Source: Eledone cirrhosa | Lineage: Eukaryota | Reading direction: 5' to 3' | Assembly (NCBI GenBank): GCA_964016885.1 | Contig: OZ024760.1 | Span: 33,914,001 to 33,978,000, forward strand | Length of the DNA stretch: 64,000 nt | In this document: piece by piece, positions 37,960 through 50,900 of the stretch | How positions within the stretch are numbered: position 1 is the stretch's first letter | Layout of the letters: every line of letters starts with the position of its first letter | The notes under the pieces: model-generated | Seen by the model: the letters and a program-made list of their open reading frames with translations, nothing else | Databases searched by the model: none | Told to the model about the DNA's origin: nothing | Program-made: the position numbers and the translations under genes

Positions 37960-40008
37960 AGTTTATCAATTAAATTAGAGATCTATACATTAAAATTGAG
38001 ATCTATATATTATTAAAATCTATATATTATTAAAAACTATATATTATTAAAAAATCTATATATTATTAAAAAGAATATATTCATATATATATACATACAC
38101 ACACATATATATATACATACATATATATATATATACAATAAAAGATTTTTTATGTTTAAGATATAGGAATTTTTCTAAACTTATGGAAGTTCATAGATTT
38201 TTCGGAGAAAAATCGTTTCTATGTAATAGCAATACAGCATGAAGGAAATTAAGTTATTTACTTATATTAAATATTATAAATGTTAAGATAATAAAAGAAA
38301 GTTAAGATTATAAAAACCTTATATTATTTAATAGTAAGTTATAATTTTATAAATTTTATATATCTGATAAATCCACCTGTTATATAGTTGTGACTGTTCA
38401 CAGATATATATACATACATATACACATATAGGTAGACATACATCATATATATATAGAGAGATAAATATAAAGTACATAATATAAAATAAAAATGAGTTAT
38501 AATGTTAAAAGGATTATAATTTGGAAATATATTCATATAATTTTAAGCAATATAACTTTAAAACAATATAATTTAAAAAAATATTTTAAGATATAATTTT
38601 AAAAAATATACAAGAATATATATAAAAATTCAGTATAAAAATGAATTTTAATTTTTTTAATATAATATCTAACTCTCAGTATGCTTAACTTAATTTTTTA
38701 TAACCATACGAGAAATTTTCAAAGAAAGAAATTTTCAAAAAAAGAGAAATTTTCAAAAAAAAGGAGAAACTTTCAAAGAAAATATTTTCCAAAAATCTCC
38801 TTCATTTAAAAGCTTTCAGCATGTTTATCTAGAAAAATTTTCAAGGAAAAAATTTTTTAAGGAGAGTTTTAAGCAGTCAAATGAATGAATCTAATGATTT
38901 ATCGATAGGTTCAATAGATTTAATAGAATGAGTTATATATTACATTTTAAATTTATATTTAAACGTTGAATTTAATCTGTTTGCAGCAACTGAAAAGATT
39001 GCTTCTTACGTTCAGGGAATTTTTGCTTTTAATATAAAGAATATTTCCTTTATATCACAATTTTCGGAATAGGAGTTAAATGGAGGAGCTTTTGAAATAA
39101 TATTCCAAAGTAAAGGATATTTAATGTTCTTTGATTTAAGGTCCCATAATAAGCTAGATAGAGAAGTTGAAGATTTTTTGTTTAAATTCGTAAAAGAGCA
39201 TTTATGGTTATTAAAACAAGATTTAAAATTTACATAATTAAATGAATTTAAATTAGTTTTACATTACAATTATATACTATATTTTTAGCTAAACAATTGT
39301 TATTTAACGGACAGTTAGATTTATTTCTACAGTTACATTTATCAAAATTCAAGTTACTAGGAGCTGTATTATTAAATTGGATATTGCTGGGGTTGTTAGT
39401 GGTATTTTGGTTAGGTTTTAAGTTTCTATTAATATTCTGCGCTAAATTATTGGTGGTTGAATAAGTTAATTTTATAGTATGTCTATTAAATATTGAGTAA
39501 TATCTATGTGTTCTAGGGAAGCATTTGTCAAGATCTTTAAAGAATAGTTTAGCAATAGGAGTTTTAATATTTAATGAGAAAGGAGGAGCGAACCATAATA
39601 TATTCCTAGTTCTATTTCTTTTTTGTTTTCCGAATTATTGTAAGGTTTTCTATTATAGTTGTTAAAAGTGTTAAGATTATGGTTAGTTGTTATATTATTA
39701 TTCTTATCAATGTATTTAATTTTATTTCTATATCCAGCTCTACCTAACGCTTCATTGTAATAATGTGCTTTATCAACAAATATATTCCTATTAGCTGAAA
39801 TTCTAGAAATGCGTTGCTTTACAGAATTCACTATAGTATTTTTAACGGATCTGGGGTGATTAGAGTTAAAATTAACGTAGTTTAAGTTCTCTAATTTGCA
39901 TAATAGACTAAATAAATTTAATAACTCTACTATCCGGGAGCTTCCAACAGAAATGGTCGCATTCGTTAAGGGTATGTCAATATTTATTTATAAAACTGAT
40001 CTATATTA

Positions 40009-40073
40009 TATTTTATCTGATGAAAGCGCACCATAATTTGACTTGGTGTCCTTGAAATATGTATAATGAAATA
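40009..40073 (+). ncRNA. Type I hammerhead ribozyme (inverted copy of 37149-37213)
   Basis: CTGATGA at 40017-40023, GAAA at 40054-40057, stems as in the minus copy. Confidence 0.8.
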
Positions 40074-40208
40074 AATATGGTTTTATAAATATAGTTTCCA
40101 TTTGTTAATATATCGTATTTTTACTCCAATAATTTGTTGAGTGCTTTATATCTGTTATAAAAATATTTGCTTGTTGTATCCCAACAATTTAAATATAACT
40201 TCTACATA

Positions 40209-40259
<51 letters not shown>

Positions 40260-41504
40260 GGACATATACATGTACATATATATATATATACAGGGACACC
40301 ACCGGGACACTGCATCCTCAAAACTTCCAAGCTTCCAGAAATTCTCCAACACTACACGTGATATTCCCCCTCCAAACACACTCATGTATCTGTGTGTATA
40401 TCATTGTTCACTTTCCTGACATTTGTACATTATTCTATGTACTATACATGCACCTTTGATGAGTTGTAGTACACCTGAGTACTGTACACATTAATTTTAT
40501 TATTATTTAAATATAGTTAGCGTTAGGAAGAACATCCATCCGTAGAAACCTAGCCAGAAACAGTTCTATATGAGCAAGACACTGTCACCTCATCCGACTA
40601 GCCTCTAATGAGACGACCCATCTAACCCATGCTAGCGTGGAAAATGGACGTTAAACGGTAATGATGTATATCTGCTCGATTAGAGCGTTTCTTCTAACGA
40701 GACGCCACTGGAAACAAGGGAGGCAACTCTGTGTTGTTGACCTGGCGACTTCAAATTGAGAAAACATTGTTGCAGAGAAGTAAGATGACATGGTACCGTA
40801 TCTCCTGATAGAGTCTAAGTGGTGCCGTAAACGGCCTTTCTAGGGCATTTTTCAAACCTGGCGGAGCCCATCCCTCTGCATGTCTGAACTCAGCAGATTT
40901 CTTCTAGAGAAGGATGGAGAGAGTGAGAGAACAAAAGTGAGGAAGAACTGACCTCAGTACTAGACTGGTCTTTTTTATCCACTTCTTAAGGATGAAAACC
41001 AACTGTATATATATATATATATAAAGAATTAGTATATCTACCAACATATGTATACAGATGCATACCTATGCTAGCAAATATATATGTTTTGTCTTAGTAA
41101 CTTTGTGGTTCTATGCAAGGGGATGCAGAACAATTATATGAAAGACGTAAATAAGAAAGTTATGAAAATTGACTTACTTACTAAAATTTCACTTCAACTA
41201 ATTAGTTTCTGTAAGGGGATAAATATGGTTACGGAGCGTATCCACAGAGAAACCTTACGTCATCTGGGAGTCTATTCTCAGCTAAGCTTCCAGGCAATGC
41301 GAGGACACTGGGAACTTATATAAAAATAATTCAGTGGATGGAAAAAATTTTAGTAAGTCAATTTTCATAACTTTCTTATTTACGTCTTTCATATATATAT
41401 ATATATTGGGTATAATACCAGTTTATTACCAAATGGCAAGTAACTCGATATATTAACCAATCGTGGAAGAATACAGTGCATAAATTCTTTTAAGGATATA
41501 TATA

Positions 41505-41760
41505 TATATATTGTTATACTTGGGGGGGGGGGGTCATATTGCCAATAAGAAACACATGCACCAGTTGCTTTCACTTCAATTTATTATAAATTTTATAAAT
41601 TTCCGGTTGGTTGGTTGGTTCCACAACCAGATGGTTGTTTATATATTGTCAAAGTTGTTTCGTCACACATTCTGTGACCTCTTCAGTGACTGTGGATACT
41701 TTTCTTTGTTCTGTGCCTCTCCTTTGTTCTGTCCTACGCCATCTTGTTTTCAAATTCAGA
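41505..41760 (-). mobile_element. 3'-end remnant of a PLE related to the 1.9-6.1 kb element, with a hammerhead core
   Basis: The terminus attgttatacttgggg...gtcatatt is shared with 1876-1902. Minus strand 41658-41686 reads CTGAAGA-g-GTCACA-gaatg-TGTGAC-GAAA. Confidence 0.65.
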
Positions 41761-41907
41761 AACGATATATATATATATATATGTATAGTAATAATAACAA
41801 ATTTGAAGACTAAAATCCAAAGAGGGCTCGATAAGGATAAATATATATCAAATATATAAGAACCGTAGGGCAAATATTTATTACTCTGTTATTTTAATAA
41901 ATATATA

Positions 41908-44900
41908 TATAAACGGAAAAAAATGAAACGAAATTTCATTTCCCACTCTTAGTACGGCTGTTACTTAAATATAAGTATGTACACATACATACATATATGT
42001 ATACAGACGTACAGTAGTATGTATATATATATACATACATGCACACGTATATATATATGTACGTATGGATTCACCGAACATTTATTATAATGCTCGGTGT
42101 ATTTGTAAACAAACATCCCGTATTAAGCCGTAGTGTCTAGCAACCACCGTTTGTTCAACACTGACAAAGGAACGCTGTACTAGTTTCAAGCTTATTAACT
42201 ATCGTCAGCAACGTATACCTTCCTGCCAGATTGTTGAACGTATATACTTACCTTATGCATATTAACAGCTGACTAGCCCAATTTGCATATCGAGTGGGTT
42301 AATCGGCCGGGTGCACCGAAAACGATAAACGGAAAAAAATGAAACGAAATTTCATTTCCCACGCTTAGTACGGCTGTTACTTAAATATAAGTATGTACAC
42401 ATACATACATATATGTATACAGACGTACAGTAGTATGTATATATATATACATACATGCACACATATATATATATGTACGTATGGATTCACCGAACATTTG
42501 TTATAATGCTCGGTGTATTTGTAAACAAACATCCCGTATTAAGCCGTAGTGTCTAGCAACCACCGTTTGTTCAACACTGACAAAGGAACGCTGTACTAGT
42601 TTCAAGCTTATTAGCTATCGTCAGCAACGTATACCTTCCTGCCAGATTGTTGAACATATATACTTACCTTATGCATATTAACGGCTGACTAGCCCAATTT
42701 GCATATCGAGTGGGTTAATCGGCCGGGTGCAGCGAAAACGATAAACGGAAAAAAATGAAACGAATTTTCATTTCCCACTCTTAGTACGGCTGTTACTTAA
42801 ATATAAGTATGTACACATACATACATATATGTATACAGACGTACAGTAGTATGTATATATATATACATACATGCACACACATATATATGTACGTATGGAT
42901 TCACCGAACATTTATTATAATGCTCGGTGTGTTTGTAAACAAACATGCCGTATTAAGCCGTAGTGTCTAGCAACCACCGTTGCTCGTTTGTTCAACACTG
43001 ACAAAGGAACGCTGTACTAGTTTCAAGTTTATTAGCTATCGTCAGCAACGTATACCTTCCTGCCAGATTGTTGAACGTATATACTTACCTTATGCATATT
43101 AACGGCTGAGAAGCCCAATTTGCATATCGAGTGGGTTAATCGGCCGGGTGCACCGAAAACGATAAACGGAAAAAAATGAAACGAAATTTCATTTCCCACG
43201 CTTAGTACGGCTGTTACTTAAATATAAGTATGTACACGTACATACATATATGTATACAGACGTACAGTGGTATGTATATATATATACATACATGCACACG
43301 TATATATATGTACGTATGGATTCATCGAACATTTATTATAATGCTCGGTGTATTTGTAAACAAACATCCCGTATTAAGCCGTAGTGTCTAGCAACCACCG
43401 TTTGTTCAGCACTAACAAAGAAACGCTGTACTAGATTCAAGCTTATTAGCTATCGTCAGCAACGTATACCTTCCTGCTAGATTGTTGAACATAAATACTT
43501 ACCTTATGCATATTAACGGCTGAGTAGCCCAATTTGCATATCGAGTGGGTTAATCGGTCGGGTGCACCGAAAACGATAAACGGAAAAAAATGAAACGAAA
43601 TTTCATTTCCCACGCTTAGTACGGCTGTTACTTAAATATAAGTATGTACACGTACATACATATATGTATACAGACGTACAGTAGTATGTATATATATATA
43701 CATACATGCACACATATATATATGTACGTATGGATTCACCAAACATTTATTATAATGCTCGGTGTGTTTGTAAACAAACATCCCATATTACGCCGTAGTG
43801 TCTAGCAACCACCGTTGCTCGTTTGTTCAACACTGACAAAGGAGCGCTGTACTAGTTTCAAGCTTATTAACTATCGTCAGCAACGTATACCTTCCTGCCA
43901 GATTGTTGAACGTATATACTTATCTTATGCATATTAACAGCTGACTAGCCCAATTTGCATATCGAGTGGGTTAATCGGCCGGGTGCACCGAAAACGATAA
44001 ACGGAAAAAAATGAAACGAAATTTCATTTCCCACGCTTAGTACGGCTGTTACTTAAATATAAGTATGTACACATACATACATATATGTATACAGACGTAC
44101 AGTAGTATGTATATATATATACATACATGCACACATATATATATATGTACGTATGGATTCACCGAACATTTGTTATAATGCTCGGTGTATTTGTAAACAA
44201 ACATCCCGTATTAAGCCGTAGTGTCTAGCAACCACCGTTTGTTCAACACTGACAAAGGAACGCTGTACTAGTTTCAAGCTTATTAGCTATCGTCAGCAAC
44301 GTATACCTTCCTGCCAGATTGTTGAACATATATACTTACCTTATGCATATTAACGGCTGAGTAGCCCAATTTGCATATCGAGTGGGTTAATCGGCCGGGT
44401 GCAGCGAAAACGATAAACGGAAAAAAATGAAACGAATTTTCATTTCCCACTCTTAGTACGGCTGTTACTTAAATATAAGTATGTACACATACATACATAT
44501 ATGTATACAGACGTACAGTAGTATGTATATATATATACATACATGCACACACATATATATGTACGTATGGATTCACCGAACATTTATTATAATGCTCGGT
44601 GTGTTTGTAAACAAACATGCCGTATTAAGCCGTAGTGTCTAGCAACCACCGTTGCTCGTTTGTTCAACACTGACAAAGGAACGCTGTACTAGTTTCAAGT
44701 TTATTAGCTATCGTCAGCAACGTATACCTTCCTGCCAGATTGTTGAACGTATATACTTACCTTATGCATATTAACGGCTGAGTAGCCCAATTTGCATATC
44801 GAGTGGGTTAATCGGCCGGGTGCACCGAAAACGATAAACGGAAAAAAATGAAACGAAATTTCATTTCCCACGCTTAGTACGGCTGTTAGTTAAATATAAG

Positions 44901-47900
44901 TATGTACACGTACATACATATATGTATACAGACGTACAGTGGTATGTATATATATATACATACATGCACACGTATATATATGTACGTATGGATTCATCGA
45001 ACATTTATTATAATGCTCGGTGTATTTGTAAACAAACATCCCGTATTAAGCCGTAGTGTCTAGCAACCACCGTTTGTTCAGCACTAACAAAGAAACGCTG
45101 TACTAGATTCAAGCTTATTAGCTATCGTCAGCAACGTATACCTTCCTGCCAGATTGTTGAACATAAATACTTACCTTATGCATATTAACGGCTGAGTAGC
45201 CCAATTTGCATATCGAGTGGGTTAATCGGTCGGGTGCACCGAAAACGGTAAACGGAAAAAAATGAAACGAAATTTCATTTCCCACGCTTAGTACGGCTGT
45301 TACTTAAATATAAGTATGTACACGTACATACATATATGTATACAGACGTACAGTAGTATGTATATATATATACATACATGCACACATATATATATGTACG
45401 TATGGATTCACCAAACATTTATTATAATGCTCGGTGTGTTTGTAAACAAACATCCCATATTACGCCTAGTGTCTAGCAACCACCGTTGCTCGTTTGTTCA
45501 ACACTGACAAAGGAGCGCTGTACTAGTTTCAAGCTTATTAACTATCGTCAGCAACGTATACCTTCCTGCCAGATTGTTGAACGTATATACTTATCTTATG
45601 CATATTAACAGCTGACTAGCCCAATTTGCATATCGAGTGGGTTAATCGGCCGGGTGCACCGAAAACGATAAACGGAAAAAAATGAAACGAAATTTCATTT
45701 CCCACTCTTAGTACGGCTGTTACTTAAATATAAGTATGTACACATACATACATATATGTATACAGACGTACAGTAGTATGTATATATATATACATACATG
45801 CACACATATATATATATATGTACGTATGGATTCACCGAACATTTATTATAATGCTCGGTGTATTTGTAAACAAACATCCCGTATTAAGCCGTAGTGTCTA
45901 GCAACCACCGTTTGTTCAACACTGACAAAGGAACGCTGTACTAGTTTCAAGCTTATTAACTATCGTCAGCAACGTATACCTTCCTGCCAGATTGTTGAAC
46001 GTATATACTTACCTTATGCATATTAACAGCTGACTAGCCCAATTTGCATATCGAGTGGGTTAATCGGCCGGGTGCACCGAAAACGATAAACGGAAAAAAA
46101 TGAAACGAAATTTCATTTCCCACTCTTAGTACGGCTGTTACTTAAATATAAGTATGTACACATACATACATATAGGTATACAGACGTACAGTAGTATGTA
46201 TATATATATACATACATGCACACATATATATATATATATATGTACGTATGGATTCACCGAACATTTATTATAATGCTCGGTGTATTTGTAAACAAACATC
46301 CCGTATTAAGCCGTAGTGTCTAGCAACCACCGTTTGTTCAAAACTAACAAATGAACGCTGTACTAGATTCAAGCTTATTAGCTATCGTCAGCAACGTATA
46401 CCTTCCTGCCAGATTGTTGAACATAAATACTTACCTTATGCATATTAACGGCTGAGTAGCCCAATTTGCATATCGAGTGGGTTAATCGGTCGGGTGCACC
46501 TAAAACGATAAACGGAAAAAAATGAAACGAAATTTCATTTCCCACGCTTAGTACGGCTGTTACTTAAATATAAGTATGTACACGTACATACATATATGTA
46601 TACAGACGTACAGTAGTATGTATATATATATACATACATGCACACATATATATATGTACGTATGGATTCACCAAACATTTATTATAATGCTCGGTGTGTT
46701 TGTAAACAAACATCCCATATTACGCCGTAGTGTCTAGCAACCACCGTTGCTCGTTTGTTCAACACTGACAAAGGAACGCTGTACTAGTTTCAGGCTTATT
46801 AACTATCGTCAGCAACGTATACCTTCCTGCCAGATTGTTGAACGTATATACTTACCTTATGCATATTAACAGCTGACTAGCCCAATTTGCATATCGAGTG
46901 AGTTAATCGGCCGGGTGCACCTAAAACGATAAACGGAAAAAAATGAAACGAAATTTCATTTCCCACTCTTAGTACGGCTGTTACTTAAATATAAGTATGT
47001 ACACATACATATAGGTATACAGACGTACAGTAGTATGTATATATATATACATACATGCACACATATATATATATGTACGTATGGATTCACCGAACATTTA
47101 TTATAATGCTCGGTGTATTTGTAAACAAACATCCCGTATTAAGCCGTAGTATCTAGCAACCACCGTTTGTTCAACACTGACAAAGGAACGCTGTACTAGT
47201 TTCAAGCTTATTAGCTATCGTCAGCAACGTATACCTTCCTGCCAGATTGTTGAACGTATATACTTACCTTATGCATATTAACGGCTGAGTAGCCCAATTT
47301 GCATATCGAGTGGGTTAATCGGCCGGGTGCACCGAAAACGATAAACGGAAAAAAATGAAACGAAATTTCATTTCCCACGCTTAGTACGGCTGTTACTTAA
47401 ATATAAGTATGTACACGTACATACATATATGTATACAGACGTACAGTAGTATGTATATATATATACATACATGCACACATATATATATGTACGTATGGAT
47501 TCACCGAACATTTATTATAATGCTCGGTGTATTTGTAAACAAACATCCCGTATTAAGCCGTAGTGTCTAGCAACCACCGTTTGTTCAAAACTAACAAAGG
47601 AACGCTGTACTAGATTCAAGCTTATTAGCTATCGTCAGCAACGTATACCTTCCTGCCAGATTGTTGAACATAAATACTTACCTTATGCATATTAACGGCT
47701 GAGTAGCCCAATTTGCATATCGAGTGGGTTAATCGGTCGGGTGCACCTAAAACGATAAACGGAAAAAAATGAAACGAAATTTCATTTCCCACGCTTAGTA
47801 CGGCTGTTACTTAAATATAAGTATGTACACGTACATACATATATGTATACAGACGTACAGTAGTATGTATATATATATACATACATGCACACATATATAT

Positions 47901-50900
47901 ATGTACGTATGGATTCACCAAACATTTATTATAATGCTCGGTGTGTTTGTAAACAAACATCCCATATTACGCCGTAGTGTCTAGCAACCACCGTTGCTCG
48001 TTTGTTCAACACTGACAAAGGAACGCTGTACTAGTTTCAAGCTTATTAACTATCGTCAGCAACGTATACCTTCCTGCCAGATTGTTGAACGTATATACTT
48101 ACCTTATGCATATTAACGGCTGAGTAGCCCAATTTGCATATCGAGTGGGTTAATCGGCCGGGTGCACCTAAAACGATAAACGGAAAAAAATGAAACGAAA
48201 TTTCATTTCCCACGCTTAGTACGGCTGTTACTTAAATATAAGTATGTACACGTACATACATATATGTATACAGACGTACAGTAGTATGTATATATATATA
48301 CATACATGCACACATATATATATGTACGTATGGATTCACCGAACATTTATTATAATGCTCGGTGTGTTTGTAAACAAACATCCCATATTAAGCCGTAGTG
48401 TCTAGCAACCACCGTTGCTCGTTTGTTCAACACTGACAAAGGAACGCTGTACTAGTTTCAAGCTTATTAGCTATCGTCAGCAACGTATACCTTCCTGCCA
48501 GATTGTTGAACATATATACTTACCTTATGCATATTAACGGCTGAGTAGCCCAATTTGCATATCGAGTGGGTTAATCGGCCGGGTGCAGCGAAAACGATAA
48601 ACGGAAAAAAATGTAACGAAATTTCATTTCCCACTCTTAGTACGGCTGTTACTTAAATATAAGTATGTACACATACATACATATATGTATACAGACGTAC
48701 AGTAGTATGTATATATATATATATACATACATGCACACATATATATATGTACGTATGGATTCACCAAACATTTATTATAATGCTCGGTGTGTTTGTAAAC
48801 AAACATGCCGTATTAAGCCGTAGTGTCTAGCAACCACCGTTGCTCGTTTGTTCAACACTGACAAAGGAACGCTGTACTAGTTTCAAGTTTATTAGCTATC
48901 GTCAGCAACGTATACCTTCCTGCCAGATTGTTGAACGTATATACTTACCTTATGCATATTAACGGCTGAGTAGCCCAATTTGCATATCCAGTGGGTTAAT
49001 CGGCCGGGTGCAGCGAAAACGATAAACGGAAAAAAATGAAACGAAATTTCATTTCCCACGCTTAGTACGGCTGTTACTTAAATATAAGTATGTACACGTA
49101 CATACATATATGTATACAGACGTACAGTAGTATGTATATATATATACATACCTGCACACATATATATATGTACGTATGGATTCACCGAACATTTATTATA
49201 ATGCTCGGTGTATTTGTAAACAAACATCCCGTATTAAGCCGTAGTGTCTAGCAACCACCGTTTGTTCAACACTGACAAAGGAACGCTGTACTAGATTCAA
49301 GCTTATTAACTATCGTCAGCAACGTATACCTTCCTGCCAGATTGTTGAACGTATATACTTACCTTATGCATATTAACAGCTGACTAGCCCAATTTGCATA
49401 TCGAGTGGGTTAATCGGCCGGGTGCACCGAAAACGATAAACGGAAAAAAATGAAACGAAATTTCATTTCCCACGCTTAGTACGGCTGTTACTTAAATATA
49501 AGTATGTACACATACATACATATATGTATACAGACGTACAGTAGTATGTATATATATATACATACATGCACACATATATATATATGTACGTATGGATTCA
49601 CCGAACATTTATTATAATGCTCGGTGTATTTGTAAACAAACATCCCGTATTAAGCCGTAGTGTCTAGCAACCACCGTTTGTTCAACACTGACAAAGGAAC
49701 GCTGTACTAGTTTCAAGCTTATTAGCTATCGTCAGCAACGTATACCTCCTGCCAGATTGTTGAACATATATACTTACCTTATGCATATTAACGGCTGAGT
49801 AGCCCAATTTGCATATCGAGTGGGTTAATCGGCCGGGTGCAGCGAAAACGATAAACGGAAAAAAATGAAACGAAATTTCATTTCCCACGCTTAGTACGGC
49901 TGTTACTTAAATATAAGTATGTACACGTACATACATATATGTATACAGACGTACAGTAGTATGTATATATATATACATACATGCACACATATATATATGT
50001 ACGTATGGATTCACCAAACATTTATTATAATGCTCGGTGTGTTTGTAAACAAACATCCCGTATTAAGCCGTAGTGTCTAGCAACCACCGTTGCTCGTTTG
50101 TTCAACACTGACAAAGGAACGCTGTACTAGTTTCAAGCTTATTAACTATCGTCAGCAACGTATACCTTCCTGCCAGATTGTTGAACGTATATACTTACCT
50201 TATGCATATTAACAGCTGACTAGCCCAATTTGCATATCGAGTGGGTTAATCGGCCGGGTGCACCGAAAACGATAAACGGAAAAAAATGAAACGAATTTTC
50301 ATTTCCCACTCTTAGTACGGCTGTTACTTAAATATAAGTATGTACACATACATACATATATGTATACAGACGTACAGTAGTATGTATATATATATACATA
50401 CATGCACACATATATATATATGTACGTATGGATTCACCGAACATTTATTACAATGCTCGGTGTGTTTGTAAACAAACATCCCATATTAAGCCGTAGTGTC
50501 TAGCAACCACCGTTGCTCGTTTGTTCAACACTGACAAAGGAACGCTGTACTAGTTTCAAGTTTATTAGCTATCGTCAGCAACGTATACCTTCCTGCCAGA
50601 TTGTTGAACGTATATACTTACCTTAAGCATATTAACGGCTGAGTAGCCCAATTTGCATATCGAGTGGGTTAATCGGCCGGGTGCACCGAAAACGATAAAC
50701 GGAAAAAAATGAAACGAAATTTCATTTCCCACGCTTAGTACGGCTGTTACTTAAATATAAGTATGTACACGTACATACATATATGTATACAGACGTACAG
50801 TAGTATGTATATATATATACATACATGCACACGTATATATATGTACGTATGGATTCACCGAACATTTATTATAATGCTCGGTGTATTTGTAAACAAACAT

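Larger units (their letters stand above)
37105..40117 (-). mobile_element. AT-rich decayed PLE (RT C-terminus + GIY-YIG) with ~225-bp inverted termini
   Basis: ORF 39571-39831 NSVKQRISRISAN..YYNEALGRAGY. Downstream on the minus strand are KCNCRNKSNCPLNNNCL and STSLSSLLWDLK, the same motif set as the 6.8-9.0 kb element. 37105-37331 is inverted against 39892-40117. Confidence 0.82.
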
